From contig JANHCV010000011.1 of the NCBI GenBank assembly GCA_025594325.1, positions 1,302,001 to 1,366,000 on the forward strand: a stretch of 64,000 nt of DNA, written 5' to 3'. This DNA comes from Blastocladiella emersonii ATCC 22665. Lineage: Eukaryota; Fungi; Blastocladiomycota. Positions 33,587 through 45,452 of the stretch are shown here, in pieces. Made by a program: the position numbers and the translations under genes. The notes under the pieces were generated by a model, which did not search any database, had not been told where the DNA came from, and saw only the letters and a list, made by a program, of their open reading frames with translations. Position 1 is the stretch's first letter. Each line of letters opens with the position of its first letter.

Positions 33587-36304
33587 TTACACGTCATTCT
33601 CCGCCCCCTCCTCCGCTGCCTCTACGGCCTCCTCCCCGTCGTCCTCGACCTCGACGTCGACCTCGTCCTCAACCTCGACGTCGTCCGCGTCCGCGTCCGC
33701 GTCGCCGTCCACGTCCTTGATCCACGTCGCGACCGCGTGCACCACGTCCTCGCCCGAGAACGCGACGCGCCGGCACCGCCGCCCGGGCACCACCACCGGC
33801 ATCCTTCTCGCTCCCGCAGACACGGCGAGCAGCGGCGCGGGCGGCGGCGACGGCGGGAGCGGGAACGTCGCGGCCGTGACCGCGTCCCACGCCGCGGACG
33901 TCAGGACGACGCGCGGCGGGGTCGTCTCGGCGGACGCGTTGATGGTCGCGGCGGCGGGCCGCTTCGCTTGCCGGTGGTAGCTGGTCGTGACCGACGTCGT
34001 GGTTGATGACCCGCCCGTGAGCGACGCGACGCGTTTCCGCTTCCGCGGCGCGGCGAGGAGCGCGGTGCTCGCGTCGTTGGACTGGACCAGTGCCGTGGCG
34101 GGCATCGGCTCGGGGTCGGGGTGCGGCTCCTCGACCACCACCGTGGACGACCCGCCGCTGGGCGGGAGCCACCCGCACCCGGCGACCTGCTCGACAACGA
34201 CCGAAACACTCCCACCCACCCGCGCCGCCATGGCCCGCACCTCGTCGCGCGGGAGACACGTACAGCTCGCCGCGTGCGCGGCCGTGTACCTGGGCGCGCC
34301 GCACGCCGCGACCGTGAGCCGGACCGCGACCTTGACCGGGTGCGCGGGGAGCGCCGCGAGCGCCATACCGAGCTCGGTGCGCCCGTTGGCCACGGGCAGG
34401 GCGAGCGCCTTGATCCGCGGCTGCGTGCGCAGGATCCACGCGACGAGCCACGCGGGGACCGCGCACGTGCGCGGGACCAGCAGGTCGTCGAGCGACGTGC
34501 CGACGCGCGCGCCCGACGGGACCGCGAGCGGGCCGAGCCGCAGCGACTCGAGCGTGCGCGGGAGCCGCGCCGTCAGCGCCATGACCTGCACCGCCGACAC
34601 CGGGGAGATGCCCGGCGCGGCGAGGTCGAGCGAGACCAGCGGCGCGTACCCCGCGTGCCGCGACAGCAGCGCGGTCGGCGCGGGCGTCACGTCGACGCCG
34701 TGCAGGGACAGGTGCGTGAGGCGCGGGAGGTGGTACAGGACGGTGCCCGGGAGGTCGGCCGCGTTGATGCTGGTGAGGGCGATGCGCTCGAGCCGCGGAA
34801 ACTGCGCCAGGAACACGTCAAAGTTGTCGGGCAGCCCGCACGCCGTGTGCACCGTCATGCGCGTCACGGCGAACGGCGTCGAAGGGAGTGCGGGCGCCGT
34901 CCACTGCGTCGGTTTTGGCCGCGGCGCGGGGGCACCGGCGGCTTCCGCGACCACCGCCTCCTCGTCGTCGTCGCTGTCGTACTGCCACTTGGACCCGGGC
35001 ATCGCGACCATGCCGGGCGCGTACGTCGGGTCGGCGGCGTACTCGGGGCGCAGCCAGCACGTGGGCCACTCGAGGCGGTGGCCAAACTCGAGCTCGAGGT
35101 GCTGGAGCGCGGGGGCGCGGGCCGCGACGCAGTCGAGGAGCGGGGCCGGGTAGTTGGTCGACACGATCGCGAGGTGGGCGAGCCGCGGCAGGCTGCGGAT
35201 CAGGAACATGAGCGAGTCGAGGGCGTCGGGCTGACCGGGCACCTTGGAGAAGCGGCGCGTCGCGAACCGGAGCCGCTCGACGCGGCTGCGGTCGATCTTG
35301 CGCGGGTGGTTGCGGATCGCCAGCTTGGCGTGCGTCTCGAGCGTGTGCATGACGCGGACGTGGTGCAGGTCGACGTCCCGCAAACTCGCATGTCCAAAAA
35401 TCGAGTACACGAGCCGCCCCGCGACCGTCGTCCCGCCCGGCGAGTTGTCGCGCAGGTGCAGCGACCGCAGACCCGGCATCCCGTCGAGCGCATCCGCCAG
35501 CTGCATCGCGCTCGGCGCCACGGCCAGGTCCATGCGCAGTTCGCGCACCCCGGACGCCATCCCCAGCAGCGACTGCACCAGCGGCTGCGCGTACGACAGC
35601 ACAAACCGCCCGTCGCGCGCCGCCGCCGCCGCGGACGCCAGGAACGCGAACGTCCGCAGACGCACCAGGTCGATCCGCCGCGTCTCGGCCGCGACCCGCG
35701 CCCGCGCGGCGTCGGTCGCGTCCTCGTCCTTGCCCGGCGAGAAGACGGTGGCGAGGAACCCGTGCAACGCCCACGGATTCGCGAGCACCAGGTCCCGCCG
35801 CCACGCCAGCTCGACCGCCGCCCGCGTCGCTCGCGTCACCGTCAGCAGCGGCCACAAGATGCCGTCCGTCTGCCGCTGCGCGCGGACGAGCGCCGAGGCG
35901 AGGCGCGGGGTCCCGAACACAGCGGCGGCCGGGGTCGGGAAGTCGGTGGGCGCGGGCTCGTCGACGAGCATCGCCGTTTCCGTGTCCACGGCTTCAGCAG
36001 CCGGCGCTGCGGTGGTGGTGGTGGTAGTTTCGAGACCCATATCGAGGGCCTGGGCGGGGTCCGGATTCGACGGCGACGAGGGTGGCTCAGCAAACAGCAG
36101 CCGGGCGGCGCCGGGACGTTTCGCATGCGCCGGTGGTGGGGGCACGACGGCGTCGACGATCATGGGCTCGTCGCCGTCCGCCGAGAGTGCAGCGAGTGGC
36201 AATGTCGGGTGGGCGGTGGGCTCAGGGACGGCCACGGCGGCGGCGGCAGGGGCGGGGGCCGCAGGGTCGTCCGTTTCGGGCACCACGAAGTTGTGCAGGT
36301 GCAT
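33587..36304 (-). CDS. Intronless leucine-rich-repeat (RNI/FBXL-like) protein, 905 aa
   Basis: Repeated LxxLxL units (LRSLHLRD, LAHLAIVS, LQHLELEF, LTHLSLHG, LVSLDLAA, LESLRLGP) between low-complexity termini. Confidence 0.75.
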   Translation of the reverse strand: MHLHNFVVPETDDPAAPAPAAAAVAVPEPTAHPTLPLAALSADGDEPMIVDAVVPPPPAHAKRPGAARLLFAEPPSSPSNPDPAQALDMGLETTTTTTAAPAAEAVDTETAMLVDEPAPTDFPTPAAAVFGTPRLASALVRAQRQTDGILWPLLTVTRATRAAVELAWRRDLVLANPWALHGFLATVFSPGKDEDATDAARARVAAETRRIDLVRLRTFAFLASAAAAARDGRFVLSYAQPLVQSLLGMASGVRELRMDLAVAPSAMQLADALDGMPGLRSLHLRDNSPGGTTVAGRLVYSIFGHASLRDVDLHHVRVMHTLETHAKLAIRNHPRKIDRSRVERLRFATRRFSKVPGQPDALDSLMFLIRSLPRLAHLAIVSTNYPAPLLDCVAARAPALQHLELEFGHRLEWPTCWLRPEYAADPTYAPGMVAMPGSKWQYDSDDDEEAVVAEAAGAPAPRPKPTQWTAPALPSTPFAVTRMTVHTACGLPDNFDVFLAQFPRLERIALTSINAADLPGTVLYHLPRLTHLSLHGVDVTPAPTALLSRHAGYAPLVSLDLAAPGISPVSAVQVMALTARLPRTLESLRLGPLAVPSGARVGTSLDDLLVPRTCAVPAWLVAWILRTQPRIKALALPVANGRTELGMALAALPAHPVKVAVRLTVAACGAPRYTAAHAASCTCLPRDEVRAMAARVGGSVSVVVEQVAGCGWLPPSGGSSTVVVEEPHPDPEPMPATALVQSNDASTALLAAPRKRKRVASLTGGSSTTTSVTTSYHRQAKRPAAATINASAETTPPRVVLTSAAWDAVTAATFPLPPSPPPAPLLAVSAGARRMPVVVPGRRCRRVAFSGEDVVHAVATWIKDVDGDADADADDVEVEDEVDVEVEDDGEEAVEAAEEGAENDV

Positions 36305-36556
36305 GTCGCAAGGAGGGAGAGGGTGGTGTACAGTCTGTCTTACGGATGCATGAGCAAATACACGAGGGTTTGCGGGCGGGGAGAGAAGGGGGAGGGCGCG
36401 GGGAAGCTGGCCGCCTTGTTGTGCCGCGAGGAGTCAGTCCGCCGTCGCCCCGTCCCGCTGACTCGCCGAGCGAGACGCCCGCTCAAGAACTCACTCCCTG
36501 CTCGCAGAGAAGATGACGGACGAAAAATGGTTGACGAGGTATATAGCTTACGCGCC

Positions 36557-37462
36557 TCACGCGGCCGCGGCGAACGCATCAAACTCAGCCGCGAGCGCCG
36601 CGTCGAGCACGTCGGGGTCCTCGGCCAGCGTCTCGCGCACCACGTCAGCGAGCTCCTGGTACGTGGCCTTGGCCAGCGGGCGCGGCGCGGGTAGATGGCG
36701 CGACACGGCGGCCACGAACACGAGACACTTTTCGAGGTAGTCGGGCCCCTCGTTGGTGCACCGCACGTGGATGTCGACCACCTTGGCGAGCCACCCGGCC
36801 GCCGAGAACAGCGCGGCGAGCGACGGCACCGACTCGACCAGGTTCGCCAGCATGTGGAACACGCGCTTCGCCGCCGCGTGGTGCGGCCGCTGGTGCAGCA
36901 CCTGCGCCAGCGCCTGCAGCGTCCCCGCCTCGTGCAGCAGCGCAGTGTACGCCGGGCTCTGGTTCACCAGCGCCGACACCACGGCCACTAGCTTGGTCGT
37001 GGCCCCCGCATCCGTCTCGGCCGCCACGCGCTCGACCAGCACGTCGATCCCGCCCACCGCGTCGAAATCGGCAATCGCCTTGGGGTTGTTTTGCAGCGCC
37101 GTCGCCGTCACCCACGCCGCGAACGCGCGGATCTCGGGCGTCGGGTCGGCCAGCTGGTCGAGCAGCGGCCGCCACAGCCCGCACGCGCGCAGGTCAATGG
37201 CGTTGTCAATGTGCTCGACGAGCAGCTCCAGCTCGTCAAAGGCGACGAGGCGGTCGGCCACCTCGCGGTCGCGGTCGGCAATGACCGCCATGGCGTCGCG
37301 CATGCGCACGGCGTCGGGCTTGCCCAGCATCACGTCGATCCACTTGGGGTCGAGCTTGGCCAGGTCCGCCGGCGACGGGCCCGTCGGGTCCTCGTTCTGC
37401 GTCGCGTTCGTGATGCTCCACTTGAGGAGCTCGTTGAGCCCGAGCTGCGTCTTGTTGTCCAT
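36557..37462 (-). CDS. FES1: Hsp70 nucleotide-exchange factor Fes1/HspBP1
   Basis: LNELLKWSITNA, DPKWIDVMLG, LELLVEHIDNA and AAWVTATALQNNPKA armadillo motifs. Confidence 0.93.
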   Translation of the reverse strand: MDNKTQLGLNELLKWSITNATQNEDPTGPSPADLAKLDPKWIDVMLGKPDAVRMRDAMAVIADRDREVADRLVAFDELELLVEHIDNAIDLRACGLWRPLLDQLADPTPEIRAFAAWVTATALQNNPKAIADFDAVGGIDVLVERVAAETDAGATTKLVAVVSALVNQSPAYTALLHEAGTLQALAQVLHQRPHHAAAKRVFHMLANLVESVPSLAALFSAAGWLAKVVDIHVRCTNEGPDYLEKCLVFVAAVSRHLPAPRPLAKATYQELADVVRETLAEDPDVLDAALAAEFDAFAAAA

Positions 37463-37777
37463 TTGCTTTAGCTTTATGCGTCTTATGCTTCGTTGCGTTG
37501 TTTGGGTGTCGGGAGAGAGAGCGGGCCGCGGCCAGAGTATTTATGCCCACGCAGCAGGAGAACGGTGGAGAAGTCGAAAATCGCGGTCAGCCGACGGGCC
37601 TGCCATCTGCATCGCTACGCGGTTTCACTCTCCTTCAACCTGCTCCCGTCGCGCTCTTCTCTGTTCGCCGACGCACACTGATCCGCCTCTGCTACGAAGT
37701 CACACGCATCCCGGGCGACCCAACTCCCCGCAACACCCGACGTGCCCCCACCGCTACCGCGTCGCCGGGTGCCCGCC

Positions 37778-40700
37778 ATGCTTGCGCCACCCCCTGCTGC
37801 TGCTGCGAGCGTCGAGGACGTCGACCACCTGGTCGCCCTCCACAAGTGCGCCGACCCTACCGGGAACCCCGCCGCACGATGGGCATGTGCGCTCGCGTAC
37901 TACGGGCTCGGGCACGGCGACAAGGCCGAGCCGCTGCTCAAGCTCGCGTACGAGGATCAGAAGGACAATGTCGAGGTGCGGTCCGGCGTACCCTGGTCTT
38001 CGCCCGCCCGTCGCTTACCGGTGTGTGGACCCCGTGTAGCTCGCGCTCATGTATACCGAGGTGCTCGTCGAGGCAAAAGAGTTTGATCGCGCGCGAGCCA
38101 TCCTCGAGTCGTGCGCTGCGTCTGCCACACCGCAGACCCCATTCCACGCTAACGGGCGCTCGCTATGTAGCGTGATCGAGTCCAACCACCCCGACGCCCG
38201 TCATGTGCGCGCCGACCTGCTGCGCATCCGCATCGTCTCCGAGGCGAAGCCGGTGCTCAGCAGGGAGGACCTCGAGACCCTGGTCCGCGAGCCCGCGCTC
38301 GTCCAGCTCTTCATTGAGAAGAACGCGCACGAGTTCGTCGATTACCAGACCCACGTCTCCGTCGAGGAGCGCGAGGCCGTGTTCCGCGTTGCTCTCTTCC
38401 CGCCGCCTCCGCCGGCGCCTGCGTCCGAGCCGGAGCGCGAGCCGGCCAGCGTAGCTGTCGAAGGCGATGATCCGCTTCCCGAGGACGGCCATGTGACGCC
38501 GCTGAGCGAGACGCATCCCGCCCGCCCGCGCGTAAACTCGGCGCCATCGATCCCCCTACTCGGGCCCGACGCCGACCGCGAGATTTCTGAGCCGCTCGTC
38601 GCAGGCGTCCTCGAGCTCGCCTCGCTCCTCCTTCCGCGCGACCACTTCGCCGACCTCGTCTACGCCACGCTATCGCACTACCTGACCCGCCCGCGCGTCG
38701 TGGGCGCCGTCCGCGATCTGGTCGCGCGCCTCGTGACGGCGGGCCCGAACGCGCCCCTCGCCGGCGACCAGCGCATGCTGGACCTCCACTACGACGCGAT
38801 TCACGCCGCCGTCGTGTGCGACCCGAGCATCGACGCGATCCACGGCTACGCCGAGGACGTGGATATGCCGAGCCCCACGGCGCCCGCGTCGCACGGCGTC
38901 AGCCGCGCCGCCATTCATACGCTGATCCACCGTCTCGGCGACCTCGCATCGCGCGACGGGGACACGCTCAAGAAGGCGTGCGGGTCCATCTTCTACTTTG
39001 CGCACCGCTGCATCACCCACAAGGTCGCCGAGTGGGAGGCCGCCGGCGACCACCCGCCGCCCGTCCCGCAGCTGTGCGAGCTCGCCCTCGCGCACATGGC
39101 GTCGGTCCTGCTCATGCGGTTCGCCGCGTTCGGCGACTTTACCCCGTACAACCCCGAGTCCGCGCAGCCCGTCCTCTCGCTCGGCGCCGAGCGCGCCGTC
39201 ATGGACCGCCTGCTCCTGCGCGCACTCATCACGGACCTCGACTGGACGCTCGCCGTCACGGGCCATTGGCTGCCGCACGACGCGGACGTGGTCCTCGGTG
39301 TGCTGGCCTCGCCCGCGACGTATGGCGGGAACGCCGTCCCGCTGCACGACCCGGCGTCGCTCACGCTGACGGTTGACGTGACGGACCTCGTCGCGTTTCT
39401 CGTCGCGATGCGCGAGCTCGCCGAGATCTCGCACCGCACCGCCGTCGCCCTCATCGACATGCACGACGACTCGGAGCGCGGGCCCTCGCGCCTCCAGTCC
39501 GACGCGACTGCCGCGCACTACCTCCGCCAGTGGCGCGTCAACGACGCGTGCCGCGTGTTCTGGCGCGCGCTCGTCGAGCTCGCCGCGTTCCCCGAGTCGA
39601 CCGACGAAATTGTCGACCCGCACTTTGCCACGCACGTCGACGAGCTGCGGTTCGGCCGTAACCCGGACGTCGGCAACCCCGCCGGGCTCGTCTACGCGCC
39701 GCTCTTCTCGCTCATCGGGATCCGCCTCCAGCAGCTCGCCGCGTGCTCCAGCGACCCCGCGATGCAGTCCGCCCTGCGCGACGCCGCCCTCAACTACGGG
39801 AATCTCGGCGGGCAGTGGGTCGACGCCGTCACCCTGGCCTCGCCCCGGTCCCGCGTCGCGGCGGCCTCGTTCGGCAGCGACGACGACCCCGACGCCGAGG
39901 ACCCCGCGTGGGCGACCTCCGTCTTCTTCCCCGCCAACAACGACGCGCGCAAGCAGCTCGTGCTCGCTATCGAGGAGCGCGTGTCGCCCGCGCAGGAGTC
40001 GGTGACCGCGTTCGACGGCGAGACGGATGAGATGGACGAGAGCAGTCTCGGGCTCACGTACGGCGATGCCGACGACGCCGGCGTCGCGTCCGAGGCCACC
40101 ACAGCCATGTCCGCGACCCCGCGCGCCCTGCGCCTCGAGGTTCCTGGGACCGACGGCGCCGCGACCAGCCGCCCCGCGTCCCCGCTCACCCCGTCTCCCA
40201 CGCGCTCGTTGACGCCCGTCTCCATGGCGCCGCCCGCCGCCACCGAGTCCGAGCTCGCGAGCCCGATCCCGCTCGCGGCCTGGCACCTCGCAACGCCCGT
40301 CACCGCGCGGTCGCGCCGCGACCGGCTCATGGCCAAGTTCAAGGTCCCGCCCGTCACGTCCACGCTCAACCTGCCCCCGCGCACACCGAGCCCGTCGCCG
40401 GCGCAGCGGTCGGGGGTTCCCGGCAGCGCGTCGTCCTCGTCGTCGTCGTCCAACCCGACCGTCGTCTGCTTCGGGTCCGGCCGCGTCGACAACCCGCTGT
40501 TCCGCGCGCCGCCCGCCACGCCGCCGTCGCCCGGCACCACGCCCGTCCTCGGCGGGCTGTTTGGGACCGCGACCTCGACGTCGTCGTCCGCCACCTCCTC
40601 GGCCGCCGTCACCCCGACGCCGGCGTTCCCCTCGGCGGGCGCGTTCCGGTTCGGCCCCACCTCGCCCGTCCCGCCGCCGCGGTTCCCCGCGCGCGACGTC

Positions 40701-43700
40701 GGCGGGAACGTCGGGCTCGGATCCAACGCGTCCGTGTTCCAGCGCTGGCAGACGCCCGCGCTCGGCGACCTCGCGTTCGACGCGGCCGGCGCCGACTCGT
40801 CCGGGTCCTCGTCCGACTACGCCGACGACTCGGTCGCGCCGCTCACCACCGCGACCAATACGGCGCACGGGACCGACGAAGAGGATTTCATGGATACGGA
40901 CGACGAGCGCGAGCGTGGTGGGGCTGTGTGGATCGGTGACGGGAGTGAGGAGTTTGAGGTGGAAGAAGATGACAGCGACGGGATGGACGTCGACACCAAG
41001 TTCAACAGCCCCGCGTCCGTCCGCCGCGCCTCCGCGCCGTCGGCGTCGCCGTTCCCGCTGTTCGCGCCCGCGCCGCCCGCGCAGCAGCACCACTCGGGCC
41101 TGTTCTCGTCCGATGACGACGAGGCCGAGGAGACGTTCGAGGAGTACACCGAGTCCGAATCCGAGTCGTTTGCCGGCTCCTCCGAGTACACGGCGTCGCT
41201 GCTCCACGACGCCCACACCGACGGCGACGGCCACGACGATTTCATCGGCAGCGTCGAGTCGCCGACCGCCGCCGACTTTTCCGCCGCCGCCGGAATGGCG
41301 TCCAGCGACGAGTACGCGTCGACCGACGATACCGGCGCCGTCTACTTTGGCGCCGCCGGCAGCGGATCCGGGTACACGACGGCCGAGGAGGTTGGGCCCG
41401 ACGACGGCGATGACGCTCGCGACGAGGACGAGGAGGCGGAGTTTGCCTTTGACCAGGCGCGCGCCGAGCAGGTCCACCTCCCGACGTCGCCCGAGGTCCT
41501 CAATCAGCTCACGCGGTCGTCGGCGCGGTCCCGCTCGCCGCCGCAGGACGCGCCGCGCGCGTGGTCCCGCTCGCCCGCGTCGCCGCAGCCCGGTGGCGTC
41601 GACGAGGAGGAGGCGGAGCCGGAGGTGCGCCACGACGAAGAGGACGACATGCAGCTCGCGACCAGCGTCCAGCTGCCCACATCGCCCGAGGTCCACCAGA
41701 CGGCGCGGTCTCGTTCGCCGGCTGTCGCGCAGCAGTCTACTGAGCACGATGACGACGAGCAGCAGCTCGCCGCGAGCGTGCACCTGCCCACGTCGCCCGA
41801 CGTCCATCCGCCTCAGCCGCGCACCCCGCGCTCGCGTTCGCGCCGCCGCTCGCGCAACCGGTCTCGCTCGCGGTCGCGGTCCAAGTCGTGGGCGCGCATG
41901 AACGACGACGAGAGCCAGCTGCTCACCGAGTCGGTGCATCTGCCGCAGTCGCCGAGCCCGATCGGCGAGGACGACGCCATGGAGATTGACGCCGACGTCG
42001 ACCGCCTGCTCGCCGAGACCATGGACCTGCCGCACTCGCCCGCGCCAGCGCCCGCGAGCCCCGATCTCCGGCTCGCGGCCAGCGTGCATCTCCCGCCGTC
42101 GCCCGTCCGCCCGCAGCAGCAGCAGCAGCGGATGTGGGACGCAATCTACGACGAAGAGGAGGAGGAGGAGGAGGACGCGGGCGCTGCGGCGGCGTCCCGC
42201 TCGTTCGCCGAGTCCGCGATCCTCCCCGAGATCCGCGCCGCGCCCATCACGCCCGTGTCGCCGACGTTCCCCGCGCCCGCTTCGCCCGCGTCGCCCACGG
42301 CCGCTGTCGCCGCCTCTACGCACGCGCTCCCCGCGTTCCCGTTCGCGGGCGACCTCAGCGCGATCCTGCACCCGCACACCGACCCCGATGGCGATGACGG
42401 CGCGGGCGACGTGACGCTCGGCGAGATCAAGGACGAGGTCGCGCAGGTCGTCGACGACGGCAGCGGGCTCACGCTGACGCTTGACGAGGTGTCGCCCATC
42501 GAGCCCGTGGAGGGGGATGCGACCGCGTGCGAGACCCTCGAGGAGGAGGAAGAGTTTGCGGCGGCCGAGACGCTCGTCGACTCGGACCAGGCGTCGCCCA
42601 ACGTCAGCCTGTACGACCCCGACGCCGACGCGGCGTACTTCGAGTTCAGTTCCGGCGACGGTGACGGGACCGCGAGCTCCGTCGCCGCGCTCACGTCGTC
42701 GACCGTCGACCTGTTCAGCGACAGTTTTATCAACAGCACTGACAGCGAGGGCGAGGATGGCGACGACGCGGTCCCCGCACCCGCTCCCGCTGCCGCTGCC
42801 GCGAGCTGGACCCCCGCCATCGGCTCGGACGCCGACGGGTTCTCGGGCGACGGGATCCCCGGCCCCACCTCGTCGCTGACCCTGGCCGCCGCCCACACCC
42901 GCGGCCGCACCCGCAGCCGCAGCCGCACCACGACGGCCTCGCCCAACGCCGCGTGGGACACGTTCGCCGCGCCGTCGCCCGCGTTCGATTTCTCGACGGC
43001 GCCCGTGTCGCCCGCGCGCGGTACGGCGGTGGTCGAGGAAGCCGACGTGGCCCCGCTCACGCCGCCGCTCGCGCCCGAACCCGAACCCGAACCCGCGCAG
43101 CTCGCCGCGTACGCGTTCGCGGGGACCAGCGACGATCTGTCCGCCGCGACCGCGGTCCCGCTGCCACAGTCGCCGCCGCCGCGCGGCGCCCAGAGGGCGG
43201 GTGAGGTCGAGGCCGCGCCGGCTCGCGAGTTCTCGGCGGAAGACGTCGCCGGCATGCAGGCGGCGGCCGAGGAGGCGGTGGCGCACGCGGAGCAGGTCGA
43301 GAACGCGGTGCAGCAGCTCGAGAACGATGAGTTTGAGTGCGAGGACGCGGCCGAGGAGACGGAGCCAGCGGCAGCCGACGAGGACGCGCTGCCCGAGTTC
43401 GCCGACGAGGACGTGGAGCCCGCGGTGGCCGTCGACGAGGCGTCCGAGACCCAGGACGACAACGCCGACCAGGAGCTCGAGCCTGTCGACTCGTTCGAGG
43501 CAGAAGCGCCCGCCGAGATTGAGATCCAGGATGCCGTTGCCGGCGACGAGGAGTCCGAGCTCGCCGCGCAGGACGAGGTCGCCGATGACAGCAAGCCCCT
43601 GCAGCCCGAGGCCGACGCCGCGCTCGACGACGAGGAGGAGGTCCCGTCGACCGAGTTTGACGTCGCGGGCGACGAGCCCGAGTTCACGGCGCAGGACGAG

Positions 43701-44510
43701 GTCACGTTCGACGACGCCGAGACTCAACAGCCCGATCCTGAGGCCGCCGCTGACGTCGAGCTCGTGTCCGAGCAGCCGCTCGGCGACGACGACGAGTCGC
43801 TTGCACCCAGTTCCAGCAGCAACGGCGACGGTGACGCAGACGACTCGATGGTGCTCGGCGAGCCGACGCCCGGCGAAGCGCTGCTCAGCGAGTCGTTCCA
43901 GTTTGTCGTGGATGACAAGCCCGCAGCGCCAGAACCCGCACCAGCAACCGGCGCCGAAACGTCCGCGGATGAGGAGGTGGAGCAGCTCGGCCCGCTCGCC
44001 GCGCCGCCCCGGTCTACGTCGCGGTCTCGGTCGCGCAGCCGCTCAAGATCGCGCGGCCGCAGTCCCGCCGCCACGTCCGGGTCCACGTCGCCCGAGGACA
44101 CGGCGCCGACGCCGCGGCCACGATCGCCCGCGGGCGAGCAGGTGGACGAGTGGCAGAGCGTGGTCGAGGCGGACGCCGAGATCGACGTGCCGTCGTGCAG
44201 CGCCGAGCCGACGCCGCGCGCCGCGCTGCTCAGCCCGCCCGTGTTCGACGGCCCGGTCGAGGCGATGCCCCCGATCGGCGAGCTCGAGGCGACCGCCGAG
44301 TCTGCAGTGCCGGTTCCCGCTCCCGACCAGCCGCAGGTGGGCGACGACGAGGAGGGCGAGACGCCGGCGACGTCGCGGAGCGTGAGCCCGTCCAAGTCTC
44401 CCACCAAGGGCAAGAACGGCGGCGGCGGCGGCAAGGGCAAGTCGCCCGGCAAGGGCAAGAAGGGAGGCAAGGGCGGGAAGAAGGGCAAGGGCGGCTGGGC
44501 CAAGTTCTAG
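37778..44510 (+). CDS. Giant (~2,200 aa) protein: TPR-like/helical N-terminal third, very long acidic Ser/Pro-rich disordered region, Gly/Lys tail
   Basis: Short first exon (ALAYYGLGHGDKAEPLLKLAYE) is spliced to a 2153-codon ORF with strong GC3 bias. Confidence 0.8.
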
Positions 44511-45452
44511 TTCCAGCGTGTGTGTGATACATGTGAGCGATTGTTGTTCCCGTGCACTGATCTGCTTTCCGAAAGGGCGCGCACGTCTCCGCTCGGGGGC
44601 AGGGGACAGCGAATCGACGCGACACGGCGCGACGCGATGAGGGCAGGCGCGAGACATGAGACACGGTCGGCGTGATCTCATGTGGCGCGCCGCGCGTCTC
44701 CCGGCCGTTTCAGGACGTGTCGCTGCGGCGCGGCGCGTCGCTCCGCTTTGCCGCCATTCAGGCAAGACCGGAGAAACTCGGCCGCGACCGACCGATATCA
44801 CTCGCTGCAATCGCCCTGCCCGACTGACGCGGCCGTGCGTCGCTCCTCGTCCAACGTGGCGCCACGTCGACGCGTCCCCGTCTCCCGCCTGCCCGCTCCG
44901 CCGCACTCCGCCCTCCACCCGCCCGCCCGCTCGGCCCAGTCCGCCCCGACCCGACCCGCCCGCCCACCCGCCCGCGCGCTCGCGCTCCCCGTGCTGAGTC
45001 GCCGCCGTTCCGGGCTCTTCTCCCTCCTCTCCCCTCGCGTGTGTCAGCAAGCGTGCCCTCGCGACCCGCACCGACCCCCGCCCGACTCGACTCGACTGCG
45101 TAGACAGACCGGCTGCCCTGTACTCCTTTCGCCTCTTCTTAGTACGCGCCCGCGCCCGCCGCCGCCCTATTTATACCGCGCGCATCCCCGCTCACCGCTC
45201 TCGACCCGACCCGGCTAGCTCTCGCGCCCCCGCTGCATGCCTGCGCGCTTCATCGACTCGGTCGCGATCCTCTCGTCGGCCCTCGGTCTCCCCGCCACCA
45301 CCACCGTCTCCCCCACGCTCTCCCAGCTGCCGATCGGCTCTCGCACCCGTCGCCCGTCGTCCCGGATCTCCGCCCTCCTGCGCGCGTTCCTCGAACTCGT
45401 CCTTGCCCACTCGCTCGAGCGCCGCTCCCTGCTGTGGTCCCTCGCATCCACC

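Noticed and set aside
38670-43727. 1685-aa antisense ORF opposite the giant protein (similar cases at 26195-28108, 34121-36694, 16469-17644)
   Set aside because: Expected shadow of strong GC3 codon bias, which removes stops from the antisense frame. The translation is Arg/Gly/Val-rich with no motifs.
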